Origin: a bacterium
GTDB taxonomy: Bacteria > SAR324 > XYD2-FULL-50-16 > G965216635
Length of the DNA: 64,000 nucleotides
Assembly (NCBI GenBank): GCA_965216635.1
Contig: OZ244188.1
Span: 1,632,001 to 1,696,000, forward strand
Reading direction: 5' to 3'
Below are positions 18,108-27,859 of the stretch, piece by piece. A model generated the notes under the pieces. It did no database searches and was not told where the DNA came from. It saw only the letters and a program-made list of their open reading frames with translations. Each line of letters begins with the position of its first letter. Position 1 is the stretch's first letter. The position numbers and the translations under genes were made by a program.

Positions 18108-19592
18108 TTATCTCATTACGAATGGGTTTGCCATAGGTTTTGAGCTAGTATTAAACCACACAGTTTTTGTTCTGGTATAGTCATAGATAGCATCCATACC
18201 CGCCTCGCGACTACCACCGCTATTTTTAAATCCTCCAAAAGGGGCTATTGGAGATATAGCTCTATAGGTATTAACCCAGACAATGCCCGAGCGGATTTTT
18301 TCGCTTACGCGGTGCGCTCTTGCAAGATTTTCGGTAAATACTCCAGCAGCTAAACCAAAATCAGAATCGTTTGCCATTTTTATTGCTTCGTCTTCTGTTC
18401 CAAAAGAAACGGCACTAATTACTGGAGCAAAAAGCTCCGTTTTTATACTGGCAATAGATTGGTGAGGACAAGAGAGTAAAGTCGGTTCAAAATAATTACC
18501 TCCTTTTAAATCATCAGGCAAGTTGCTCGGTTGCTTGCCACCAAAAATTAGCTCGGCACCTTGTTTTATAGATTTTTGGATTATTTTTTCAGCACGTTCT
18601 AGCTGTAGTTTGGTTGCCAAAGGTCCTATTTGAGTTTTTGAATCTAGAGGGTCTCCGATAATAATTTTTTCTGCTCTCTGTTTTATTTCTTCCAGTATTT
18701 TTGGATAGATATTTTTTTGAATAAAAACACGAGAACCAGAAACACAGCTTTGTCCAGATGCTCCAAAATTACCGGCGATAATGCCATTGACTGCACCTTC
18801 GGGGTCACAATCCTCAAAAACAACTATGGGAGATTTGCCGCCTAATTCTAAACTAATATGAGCAAAATTTTCTGCTGTGTTTTTCACAATCTGCTTGGCA
18901 ACTTCACAACCACCAGTAAAAGCCACTCTTGCGACTTTGGGGTGAGAAGTAAGCACTCTTCCGCAAGGCTCTCCAAATCCAGTGAGAATATTGACTACTC
19001 CTTTGGGAAAACCTACTTTATCTATCAACTCAGCCAGTTTAAAAAGGGGAGCAGGAGCCTGCTCCGATGCCTTAACTACAATTGTATTGCCAGCAGCTAA
19101 AGCAGGAGCAATTTTTGTAGCTGATAAAAAAAGCTGTGCGTTCCAAGGCACAATTGCAGCCACAACTCCGATAGGCTCTCTAGTCGTAAAAACTCTTAAA
19201 TCAGGCTTGTCAATAGGCAACACTTCGCCTTGAATTTTATCCGCAAGCCCAGAGTAGTAATAATAGTAATCTGCAACATATCGCGATTGACTGCGAGTTT
19301 CTACTGCTAATTTTCCGCTATCTTTTGTTTCCAGATCGCCAAATTCTTCCGCATTATTAGCAATCAAATCTCCTAGACTGTGCAATAATTTTCCTCTCTG
19401 TGTCGCTGTGTAGTCTTTCCACTCTCCCTCAAAAAGAGCCTTGTGAGCAGATTCAATCGCTAGGTTGGTTTCCCACTCATTCGCCGCTGGAAATAACGCC
19501 CACGCCTTCCCATCCGCTGGATTGATAGATTCAAAATACTCACCTTTTCCATCGCTAAAATTTCCGTTGATGTAATGTTGAAATTTTTTCAT
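18108..19592 (-). CDS. NAD(P)-dependent aldehyde dehydrogenase
   Basis: PWN, FTGG, LELGGKSP, SGQSCVS, ELFAP, PFGGFKNSG. Confidence 0.95.
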   Translation of the reverse strand: MKKFQHYINGNFSDGKGEYFESINPADGKAWALFPAANEWETNLAIESAHKALFEGEWKDYTATQRGKLLHSLGDLIANNAEEFGDLETKDSGKLAVETRSQSRYVADYYYYYSGLADKIQGEVLPIDKPDLRVFTTREPIGVVAAIVPWNAQLFLSATKIAPALAAGNTIVVKASEQAPAPLFKLAELIDKVGFPKGVVNILTGFGEPCGRVLTSHPKVARVAFTGGCEVAKQIVKNTAENFAHISLELGGKSPIVVFEDCDPEGAVNGIIAGNFGASGQSCVSGSRVFIQKNIYPKILEEIKQRAEKIIIGDPLDSKTQIGPLATKLQLERAEKIIQKSIKQGAELIFGGKQPSNLPDDLKGGNYFEPTLLSCPHQSIASIKTELFAPVISAVSFGTEDEAIKMANDSDFGLAAGVFTENLARAHRVSEKIRSGIVWVNTYRAISPIAPFGGFKNSGGSREAGMDAIYDYTRTKTVWFNTSSKPMANPFVMR

Positions 19593-19622
19593 TTTTCTGG
19601 ATTTTTATTATTGGGCTAATTT

Positions 19623-20408
19623 TTAATTCTCATTTAATTTTTTCTGTGCTATCTCAAAATATTTTTCATCTAACTCAAAACCAATATATTTTCTGTCTAA
19701 ATTTTTACAAGCCAAACAAGTTGTTCCGCTACCCATAAAAGGGTCTAAAATAACTTGGTTTTTATTAGAAAATATACTTACGATTCTCTCCATAATTGCT
19801 AAAGGTTTTTGTGTGGGATGGCTTATTCTTTCCTTGCTCCACGGGACTATTGGAGATATATCTGTCCATACATTGGATAAAGCTCTAAATTTATTACCAT
19901 TTTTTTTTCCTATTGTTCCTCCTGTTTTCTTTAAAATTGTAGATGAGATTTTATTGTAAATATATTCATTTCCTTTAATATACCATAAAATATCTTCTCT
20001 AGTAGAAACAAGATTTGTTTTAGCTCCTCTTCCTTTAATTCTATCGTAGATAATCCAATTTTTAAGTTGAAAAAAATTGTCTAAGCAATTTATAGTTTTT
20101 ACAACTTCGCTCCATCCTTGGAATACAATTAAATTCCCGTTTTTTTTCAATATCCTATTAAATTCTATTGCTAGAATTTTCCAATCTAAACTATTCTTAA
20201 TGTCCCATAGATTGTTTTCAAAATTGATTTGATAGGGAGGATCTGTAGCTATTAAATCTATAGAATCATCCTTTATTTCTTTGATTAAATCAAAGCAATT
20301 GCCTAGTGTTATTTTATTATTAAAATTGACTGTATTTTTAGGCTGTATTGCTCTTTCTTCAAAAAGGCTGGGTTGTGTTAGCATCTTTTGTGAGGTTGTT
20401 AGATTCAA
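19623..20408 (-). CDS. Site-specific DNA methyltransferase (N4/N6, beta class); start may be ATG at 20384
   Basis: TDPPY precedes HPTQKP and LDPFMGSGTT. Confidence 0.92.
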   Translation of the reverse strand: MNLTTSQKMLTQPSLFEERAIQPKNTVNFNNKITLGNCFDLIKEIKDDSIDLIATDPPYQINFENNLWDIKNSLDWKILAIEFNRILKKNGNLIVFQGWSEVVKTINCLDNFFQLKNWIIYDRIKGRGAKTNLVSTREDILWYIKGNEYIYNKISSTILKKTGGTIGKKNGNKFRALSNVWTDISPIVPWSKERISHPTQKPLAIMERIVSIFSNKNQVILDPFMGSGTTCLACKNLDRKYIGFELDEKYFEIAQKKLNEN

Positions 20409-20438
20409 AGTAACATAAATTTTCTATTGTTGTAAAGT

Positions 20439-20677
20439 AGACCTTTGAATTTGCGTTATGTGACGGCTAGACAAGACAAAAAAAAATTTTGGGTCGCAGG
20501 AATACTCAAGTATTTCAAGGGACAAAATTTTTTTTAAATGGCGTAGTGCAAACCGCAGCAAAACTTGCATAATCCAAAAAAGGAGTGTAAAAGAGCCAGT
20601 GGCTCTTTTACTATAGCCTGCATATAGTGAAAGCAATAAGCTTGTTTTGGCTAAACAGAACGCAAATTCAAAAGTCT
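20439..20677. mobile_element. MITE, copy 1 of tandem triplet
   Basis: AGACCTTTGAATTTGCG ... CGCAAATTCAAAAGTCT; internal palindrome GTAAAAGAGCCAGTGGCTCTTTTAC. Confidence 0.85.
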
Positions 20678-20720
20678 CATTTAGATTCAAAGTAACTTAA
20701 ATTTTCTATTGTTGTAAAGT

Positions 20721-20974
20721 AGACCTTTGAATTTGCGTTATGTGACGGCTAGCCAAATGGTTAGAACAGGTGCAAAAAAAAATTTTGGGTCGCAGGAATA
20801 CTCAAGTATTTCAAGAGTTAAAAATTTTTTTTAAATGGCGTAGTGCAAACCGCAGCAAAACTTGCATAATCCAAAAAAGGAGTGTAAAAGAGCCAGTGGC
20901 TCTTTTACTATAGCCTGCATATAGTGAAAGCAATAAGCTTGTTTTGGCTAAACAGAACGCAAATTCAAAAGTCT
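20721..20974. mobile_element. MITE, copy 2 of tandem triplet
   Basis: Same TIRs and internal modules, plus a CAAATGGTTAGAACAGGTGC module. Confidence 0.85.
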
Positions 20975-21017
20975 CATTTAGATTCAAAGTAACTTAAATT
21001 TTCTATTGTTGTAAAGT

Positions 21018-21155
21018 AGACCTTTGAATTTGCGTTATGTGACGGCTAGACAAGACAAAAAAAAATTTTGGGTCGCAGGAATACTCAAGTATTTCAAGGG
21101 ACAAAATTTTTTTTTAACGCTGTATAGGCTAAACAGAACGCAAATTCAAAAGTCT
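21018..21155. mobile_element. MITE, copy 3 of tandem triplet (short form)
   Basis: Same TIRs; lacks the central palindrome module. Confidence 0.85.
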
Positions 21156-21161
21156 AAAAGA

Positions 21162-22280
21162 TTAAAGGCAACTGCGAGAATTAACTACAGGCGGGCTTAA
21201 TTTTTCTAAAATATTTTTTTTTTTGTAAAGAAAAGTGCAGAAAGCAATCATAGCTCCATTGTCTGTGCAGTAGCGATGATCTGGATAAAAAAATGTGATG
21301 TTTTTTCTGTAACAGAACTGCTGAAAATTTTTTCTAATAAAGCTATTTCTAGCGACCCCTCCTACTATTGCAAAATTTTCTATGGGGTGGTTTTTAAGAA
21401 TTTTTTGTAAATTCCAAAGTAAAGAGTTATAAGCAGCGTATTGAAAACTAGCGGCTAGTTGGGCTATTTTTTGCTGTTTCTTTTGTGGCATTTTTAAAAA
21501 ACCTGCATAGTTTAGCAATACTTCTTTTTCTGCAAAAATACCCATTTTGATAGCTAGGTTTTTGGTGGCAGTTTTTAAACCTGAATAACTAAAATTATAA
21601 TTAGGTTTCTTTTTGTTACCTGTTTTTTGGCTATCTGTTTTTTTGAAGGGAATGGGTAAATCCAAAATACTACCACTCCAAAGGCTAGCTATTTTTTCAA
21701 TCAAAGGTCCTCCCGGATAGCAAAGCCCTAAAATTTTTGCTGTTTTATCAAAAGCTTCACCTAAGGCGTCGTCTTGTGTTTTTCCTAACAGATGGTAATC
21801 TCCTACTTCTTTGACTAAAACTGCCATACTGTGCCCTCCTGAAATTAAAAAGCAGAGATAAGGAAAAGAACACTTCCCTCCTTGATTTAGATTGCTATTA
21901 TTTTTACTATCTATTAGAGCAGATAGCAGATGGGCTTCTAGGTGATCTACACCAACAACTTTTTTAGTCCAAGCCCAAGCTAGTGCATTTGTGAAACTAC
22001 TGCCTATCAGTAGCGAACCTATAAGACCTGGCTTACAACTTACGCTCAGTATATCTATTTCTTTTAGAGTGATTTTTTTTTTTGTAAGAAATTCATCTAT
22101 TAAGGGGGGAAGATTTTTTAAATGTCCCCTACTTGCTATTTCTGGAACAACTCCTCCGAACTTGCTGTGGAGTATTGTTTGAGATACAATTTTATTATAA
22201 ATTACTTCTCCTGTTTGAGAATCCACTACTCCCAATCCACTGTCGTCGCATGTACTTTCTATTCCTAAAATATATTTCAT
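21162..22280 (-). CDS. tsaD: tRNA N6-adenosine threonylcarbamoyltransferase
   Basis: ILGIESTCDD, GGVVPEIASRGH, HLEAH, ISGGHS, DDALGEAFDK, TDNGAMIA; start moved to ATG at 22280. Confidence 0.95.
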   Translation of the reverse strand: MKYILGIESTCDDSGLGVVDSQTGEVIYNKIVSQTILHSKFGGVVPEIASRGHLKNLPPLIDEFLTKKKITLKEIDILSVSCKPGLIGSLLIGSSFTNALAWAWTKKVVGVDHLEAHLLSALIDSKNNSNLNQGGKCSFPYLCFLISGGHSMAVLVKEVGDYHLLGKTQDDALGEAFDKTAKILGLCYPGGPLIEKIASLWSGSILDLPIPFKKTDSQKTGNKKKPNYNFSYSGLKTATKNLAIKMGIFAEKEVLLNYAGFLKMPQKKQQKIAQLAASFQYAAYNSLLWNLQKILKNHPIENFAIVGGVARNSFIRKNFQQFCYRKNITFFYPDHRYCTDNGAMIAFCTFLYKKKNILEKLSPPVVNSRSCL

Positions 22281-22329
22281 TGATAATGTTATTTCTGTAT
22301 AGTATACTAGACTTAAGCCAAACAATATG

Positions 22330-22607
22330 AGACCTTTGAATTAGCGTTCTGTTTAGCCAAAACAAGCTTATTGCTTTTACTATATGCAGGCTATAGTAAA
22401 AGAGCCACTGGCTCTTTTACACTCCTTTTTTGGGTTATGCAAGTTTTGTGGCGGTTTGCACTACGCCATTAAAAAAAATTTTAACTCTTGCCATTTGTGA
22501 AGAAATGCTCTCCAGTATTCCAGCGAGCTAAATTTTTTTTTTGCGCCTGTTCTAACCATTTGGCTAGCCCCAATAGTTAAATAAGTATAACACTAATTCA
22601 AAGTTCT
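22330..22607. mobile_element. MITE with 7-bp TSD (CAATATG) between divergent tsaD and metG
   Basis: TIRs AGACCTTTGAATTAG / CTAATTCAAAGTTCT; CAATATG on both sides. Confidence 0.9.
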
Positions 22608-22617
22608 CAATATGTAA

Positions 22618-24396
22618 ATGAAAAAAAAACTTATCACTTCCGCTCTCCCCTATGTCAATAATGTGCCTCACTTAGGCAATATTATAGGCTCTGTTTTATC
22701 TGCAGATGTTTATGCTAGATACTGTCGCTTGCGGGGTTATGATACTCTTTATATTTGTGCAACAGACGAGTACGGCACAGCTACCGAAATGAAGGCTTTG
22801 GAATCGGGCACTACGCCACAAGAAATTTGCGATAAATATCACCAAATCCATAAAGATGTTTATCAGTTTTTTAATATTAGTTTTGATTATTTTGGTAGAA
22901 CTCCCACTCCAGAACACACCGCTATTACCCAAAAAATTTTTTTAGAACTAGACGAAGCGGGGTATGTTTTTGAAGAAGAAAGCGAGCAAATCTACTGCGA
23001 AACAGATAAAATGTTTTTAGCAGATAGGTTTGTAAAAGGAACTTGTCCTTTGTGTCAATATACTCAAGCAAAAGGCGACCAGTGTGATAGTTGTGGTAAG
23101 TTATTAGATTTTAAAGATTTGATAGAGCCTAAATGTCAAATTTGCAGGCAAACTCCCACTTTAAAAAAAACAAAACATCTTTATCTGGATTTAAAAAAAT
23201 TAGAAAATAAGTTGGCAGAATTTCATGGATCCAATTTAAAAAGAGACGATTTTTTGGTAAATAACGCCCGACAGGTTGTCTTGCAATTTTTAAATAGCGA
23301 AATCAAAGAAAACGCTAAAAAACAAGCGAAACCTATTTCTAGAGATTTGAAATGGGGGGTGCCAATTCCCGAATCAAAAACCTCAGGCAAAGACTACGAG
23401 GAAAAAGTTTTTTATGTTTGGTTTGATGCAGTTTTGGGGTATATTTCAGCGACTAAAAAACATCTCCCAGACCACTGGCAAAAGTGGTGGCAAAGTGAAG
23501 ATACAGAGCTTTATCAATTTATGGCAAAAGATAATATCTATTTTCATAGTCTTTTATTGCCTGCTATGATGCTAGGTAGCAAAGAAAAATGGACTATGTT
23601 ACACCATCTCAATAGCAGTGAGTATTTAAACTATGAAAACAGCAAATTTTCTAAATCACGGAAAATTGGTGTTTTTGGAGATGATGTGATTAAAATAGGT
23701 CTGCCAGCAGATTTATGGAGGTTTTATTTACTGTATAACCGTCCAGAAACATCAGACTCTGTTTTTGAATGGAAAAAGTTTTATAGTGAAGTCAATACTT
23801 ATCTGGCAGATAATCTGGGCAACCTTTTGAATAGGGTCACTGTTTTTTTAGCTAAAAATTTTCAAAACAAAATTTGCATCACAGAAGATATAGAAAAAAA
23901 ACAGTTGCCTCTTTTTCAAGAATGGGTATCTTATGTAGAAGATAAAGAAAAAGAAATTGGCGGGTTATTAGAAAAAGTAGAATTGAGAAAAGCTTTGCAT
24001 CAAATTTTTATTTTAGCAAAAAATGGAAACAAACTTTTTCAAGATAAAGAGCCGTGGAAAAAAATAAAAAAAGATAAAGAGCAAGTAGTTTATTTACTTT
24101 ATTTACTTATAGCTCTATTAAAAGATTTAGCAATATTATTATCACCTTTTATTCCAGAGCTAGCAGAAAAAATTTTAAAAATTTTGAATTTAGAAGCTGA
24201 TTCTCAAGACGACAACCGACAAAAAAATTCAGGCAGATGGGAAAATTTAGGCAAGTGGGAAGATTTAGGCAGATGGGAAAATTTAGGCAGATGGGAAAAT
24301 TTGAAAAATCATACACTAGGCAAAGGAGGTATTTTACTTTCAAAACTAGACCTTGAAGATGTACAGAAATTGAAAAAAAACTATGGAAGTTTTTAA
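22618..24396 (+). CDS. metG: Methionine--tRNA ligase (no C-terminal tRNA-binding domain)
   Basis: ITSALPYVN..PHLGN, TDEYGT, Zn knuckles, YVWFDA, KFSKS. Confidence 0.97.
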   Translation: MKKKLITSALPYVNNVPHLGNIIGSVLSADVYARYCRLRGYDTLYICATDEYGTATEMKALESGTTPQEICDKYHQIHKDVYQFFNISFDYFGRTPTPEHTAITQKIFLELDEAGYVFEEESEQIYCETDKMFLADRFVKGTCPLCQYTQAKGDQCDSCGKLLDFKDLIEPKCQICRQTPTLKKTKHLYLDLKKLENKLAEFHGSNLKRDDFLVNNARQVVLQFLNSEIKENAKKQAKPISRDLKWGVPIPESKTSGKDYEEKVFYVWFDAVLGYISATKKHLPDHWQKWWQSEDTELYQFMAKDNIYFHSLLLPAMMLGSKEKWTMLHHLNSSEYLNYENSKFSKSRKIGVFGDDVIKIGLPADLWRFYLLYNRPETSDSVFEWKKFYSEVNTYLADNLGNLLNRVTVFLAKNFQNKICITEDIEKKQLPLFQEWVSYVEDKEKEIGGLLEKVELRKALHQIFILAKNGNKLFQDKEPWKKIKKDKEQVVYLLYLLIALLKDLAILLSPFIPELAEKILKILNLEADSQDDNRQKNSGRWENLGKWEDLGRWENLGRWENLKNHTLGKGGILLSKLDLEDVQKLKKNYGSF

Positions 24397-24417
24397 TAAC
24401 ACCCAAAATAAAAGTCT

Positions 24418-24708
24418 TTATTTTGTTTTAAACAGTTGATAGATTAACCAAATTATCCCCACTCCAGATCCGCACACCGCAAGAAAAACTTCACTTTTTA
24501 ATGCTTTAAGTCCTAAATTTGGTAATATTATTTGTGCTAGAACTAATAAAAATAAAAAACCACATAGAAAAACAATCAACCCTTTTTTTAGACCAAAGTG
24601 CCTGCTTTTTTCTTTATCTTCTAAATCAATTATTTTGCTAATATTTTCTTTAAGAGTTTCGCTATCTAAATTACTATCTGACAATTGTTTTATAAAATTT
24701 TCCCACAT
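24418..24708 (-). CDS. Small two-TM membrane protein, putative toxin partner of the Panacea antitoxin
   Basis: Starts 3 bp after the Panacea gene; two hydrophobic segments. Confidence 0.5.
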   Translation of the reverse strand: MWENFIKQLSDSNLDSETLKENISKIIDLEDKEKSRHFGLKKGLIVFLCGFLFLLVLAQIILPNLGLKALKSEVFLAVCGSGVGIIWLIYQLFKTK

Positions 24709-24711
24709 AGT

Positions 24712-25194
24712 CTAAGCAGATACTACCACTTGCATAAATGCTTTATAATATTTTTTGATAATATTTTTATCTATTATTACATTTTTCCTTCCTGTATAAA
24801 AATAAGACCAAGGTGTTCCTTGCTGATGAGTCAGTTTTATCATTTCTACTCCATTGAGACTCTTATAGATCTTCCAGACTCCATCTAAAATCTTTAATGT
24901 TTTTTTTTCATCTGCATCTATTTTAGGAGATCTATGTTGTTCTTTACTCGTATTAGCCAATCTATCAATTTTTTTATTACCAAAATCTTTAAAATGATGA
25001 TAAATAGAAGGTATTACAGGTCCTTTGTTCCAAGCTTCCACTTGTTCTGCAAATAAATCAAAATTATTTTCTGCCAAAGAAAACCCTAAAGAAATATAAA
25101 CTATTTTGTTTAGTTTTAGATTATCTATATTTTTTTCTTTTTCTAAAAAAAAATTCGCTACACTAAAGGGTGTTTGTTGTTTTGGTTGATTCAT
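24712..25194 (-). CDS. Panacea (DUF4065/SocA/GepA-like) antitoxin
   Basis: VANFFL, NLKLNKIVY, VEAWNKGPVIPSIY, LTHQQGTPW. Confidence 0.88.
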   Translation of the reverse strand: MNQPKQQTPFSVANFFLEKEKNIDNLKLNKIVYISLGFSLAENNFDLFAEQVEAWNKGPVIPSIYHHFKDFGNKKIDRLANTSKEQHRSPKIDADEKKTLKILDGVWKIYKSLNGVEMIKLTHQQGTPWSYFYTGRKNVIIDKNIIKKYYKAFMQVVVSA

Positions 25195-25204
25195 TTTATT
25201 TTAT

Positions 25205-25457
25205 AGACCTTTGAATTTGTGTTATGTGACGGCTAGGCAAATGGTTAGAACAGGTGCGAAAATTTGTGAAACAGCGGAGCATATCGTTTAAGCGAAATGC
25301 CAAAAAACCAAGTCTTACCGAAAAAGGAATGTAAAAAAGCCAGTGGCTTTTTTACAATACTTCTGTAAATAATTTTAAGCAATAAGACTAGTATGTGAGC
25401 ATTTTTCACAAATTTTCAACGCTGCATAGGCTAAACAGAATGCAAATTCAAAAGTCT
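25205..25457. mobile_element. MITE with 7-bp TSD (ATTTTAT)
   Basis: TIRs AGACCTTTGAATTTG / CAAATTCAAAAGTCT; ATTTTAT at 25198-25204 and 25458-25464. Confidence 0.9.
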
Positions 25458-25694
25458 ATTTTATAGATTGTCTATTGTAAGTTAAACTTTTAGCAGTTGT
25501 AGTTTTATGGTTCAGTTACATTAACTAATCCAAAAGAAAATTTACCTATTCTTCAACAAGAGTTATTCTATACTTTTTTTTAAAAAATACCAAGCTATTT
25601 TTTAAATGTGAATTAAAATTTTAGAACTTGCAATAAAAAAATATACTTTTGAGTAAAAATAAAGTAATTTGTAATAAAATACACAACAAATATT

Positions 25695-26486
25695 ATGAAC
25701 CCTATACTACTAGATTTAAGTTTTTTCTCAATTCGCTATTACGGTTTAATGTATGTAATAGCACTTTTTTTAGGTCTTTACCTCGCTAAAAAAGATTTAA
25801 AAAAAGCTAGTATTAATTATTCTCCCGCAGAATTTGAAAATATTGTTCTTTTTTCTTTTCTTTTCGGTATCCTAGGAGGAAGATTTTATTATGTATTTTT
25901 TAATTGGCAATACTATTTTAGCTCTGGTCTTCCTTGGTATACTCCTTTTGCGGTCTGGCAAGGAGGGTTGGCAATTCACGGAGGGATATTGGGGGCTCTT
26001 TTGGGGTGTTGGTTAGCAGCTAGAAAAAAAAATATTCCTTTTCTTTTTATTTGTGATTTGGCTGCTCCTTATCTTTTATTAGGACAAGCCTTTGGTAGAT
26101 TTGGAAATTTTATGAATGGAGATGCCCACGGTGTTCCTACCGATTTAGCTTGGGGTATAGTTTTTCGTTATGGTCCTGCTAGCACAGAATTTCCAAACCA
26201 AGCGCTACACCCCGTCATGCTTTATGAACTTTTTTTAAATATTATAGGTTTTTTAATACTATTTTTTTTAAGAAAAAAGAGATATAGAGCGGGCTTTATT
26301 ATTGGTTGTTATTTGATTTTTTACGGTATTATCCGCTCCATTGTCACTAATTTTAGAGCAGATGATCTTTACTTGGGAGCTATACGAGCACCTCATCTTT
26401 TCTCTATTATTAGCATTCTATTTGTTTGTATCTGGTTTTATAACAAGAAACTTTATCTTAAAGATAACTCTATCTCTATAGAATAA
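25695..26486 (+). CDS. lgt: Prolipoprotein diacylglyceryl transferase
   Basis: IRYYGLMY, GGRFYYV, WQGGLAIHGG, GRFGNFMNG, HPVMLYE. Confidence 0.96.
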   Translation: MNPILLDLSFFSIRYYGLMYVIALFLGLYLAKKDLKKASINYSPAEFENIVLFSFLFGILGGRFYYVFFNWQYYFSSGLPWYTPFAVWQGGLAIHGGILGALLGCWLAARKKNIPFLFICDLAAPYLLLGQAFGRFGNFMNGDAHGVPTDLAWGIVFRYGPASTEFPNQALHPVMLYELFLNIIGFLILFFLRKKRYRAGFIIGCYLIFYGIIRSIVTNFRADDLYLGAIRAPHLFSIISILFVCIWFYNKKLYLKDNSISIE

Positions 26487-26512
26487 AGTTAAAACACAGA
26501 TAGCAACAAAGT

Positions 26513-27508
26513 ATGCCACACATTCCCGTTCTAAAAAAAGAAGTTCTTTCTTTTTTGCGAAAATCTGATTGCAACATTGCAGACCTAACAGCAGGGCTAG
26601 GCGGACATTCGTGCCTTTTTTTGCAAAAAAATCAGAATCTCAAACTTTTTCTGGTGGATAGAGATGCGGAGGCTCTGCGAGAGTGTCGTAAAAATTTACT
26701 TCCCAATATTACAAAAAAAGATAGCTTCCAAAAAAACACTACAGAAAAAAATGCACTGTTTTTTTTTGAAAATAATTTTTATTCACAGAGCGAGCATTGG
26801 AAAAAAGAGCAAAGAAAATTTGATTTTATATTTGCCGATTTGGGAGTTTCTTCTCTACAGCTAGATAACGCAGAAAGAGGTTTTTCTTTCTTAAAAGAAG
26901 GAGCGTTAGATATGAGAATGGATGTTGCACAAACCTTAGACGCCAAAAAAATTTTGCAAAGCTACGATGAAAAAAAACTAGCACAGATATTTAGAGATTA
27001 TGGAGAAGAGAGATATGCAAAATACTTAGCTGAAAAAATTGTAAGAAGACGAGAAGAAAAGCCTTTTTTAACTACCACAGATCTGAGTTTTTTTACTGCC
27101 CAAAATATTAAGAGCAGGCAAAATATTAAGAGCAAGAAAAATACTAAGAGCAGGAAAAGTCCTAAAACAAAAATACATCCAGCAACTAAAATATTTCAAG
27201 CGATTAGAATTGAAGTCAATCAAGAATTGAAGCAATTAGAAGCTATGCTGTCTGTTGTTTTGGATTTACTCCAACCCAAAGCCAGATTGATTATTATTTC
27301 TTTTCATTCTCTAGAAGATAGAATAGTAAAACAAAAATTTAAAAGTTGGGCAGAACCCGCTTCTAAAACTCCCTTTCCTCTACCTGCCGTAGAAGAGAAA
27401 CCTCTAGTTAGGCTCTTGTGTAAAAAACCGATAGTGCCTGAGTTCCAAGAAATACAAGCTAATCCTCGTTCTAGAAGCGCTAAGATGCGGGTAATAGAAA
27501 AAATTTAG
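26513..27508 (+). CDS. rsmH: 16S rRNA m4C1402 methyltransferase
   Basis: HIPVL, DLTAGLGGHS, DLGVSSLQLD, LDMRMD, FQAIRIEVNQEL, SFHSLEDRIVK, NPRSRSAKMR. Confidence 0.97.
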   Translation: MPHIPVLKKEVLSFLRKSDCNIADLTAGLGGHSCLFLQKNQNLKLFLVDRDAEALRECRKNLLPNITKKDSFQKNTTEKNALFFFENNFYSQSEHWKKEQRKFDFIFADLGVSSLQLDNAERGFSFLKEGALDMRMDVAQTLDAKKILQSYDEKKLAQIFRDYGEERYAKYLAEKIVRRREEKPFLTTTDLSFFTAQNIKSRQNIKSKKNTKSRKSPKTKIHPATKIFQAIRIEVNQELKQLEAMLSVVLDLLQPKARLIIISFHSLEDRIVKQKFKSWAEPASKTPFPLPAVEEKPLVRLLCKKPIVPEFQEIQANPRSRSAKMRVIEKI

Positions 27509-27570
27509 AAATTCTAGCCTTCCTATAATGCCTGATTTTATTTGTGAGGCGGGGAGGCAGTTTTTTATTT

Positions 27571-27823
27571 TATGTAAGTCTGTAGAGACGTCCTATATGG
27601 GCGTCTCATAAATTTAGAACGTTTATTAAAAACAGCTTTTTGTGGTTTATGCACATCGTATAAGACGCCCTGTAGGGCGTCTCATAAATTTAGAACGTTT
27701 ATTAAAATATGTAGGTCTGTAGAGACGTCCTATATGGGCGTCTCATAAATTTAGAACGTTTATTAAAAACAGCTTTTTGTGGTTTATGCACATCATATAA
27801 GACGCCCTGTAGGGCGTCTCTAC
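27571..27823. repeat. REP/BIME-like GTAG palindromes in a 137-bp tandem duplication
   Basis: GTAGAGACGTCCTATATGGGCGTCTC at 27582 and 27719; AGACGCCCTGTAGGGCGTCTC(TAC) partners. Confidence 0.8.
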
Positions 27824-27859
27824 ATGTTATGCTATAAAATTCCCTGTAGTTTTTTTTTC

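Noticed and set aside
20424..20690. 88-aa ORF (also 36904..37122 and 42604..42801)
   Set aside because: These lie largely within MITE sequence and are chance open frames
4292..21155. Prophage or ICE
   Set aside because: No integrase, structural, replication or conjugation genes, and no bounding att repeats found
22281..22325. 15-aa N-terminal extension of TsaD
   Set aside because: The TTG start abuts a MITE; the conserved ILGIES motif begins right after ATG 22280
27571..27823. Mini CRISPR
   Set aside because: Intervening sequences are themselves repeated; fits a duplicated REP doublet
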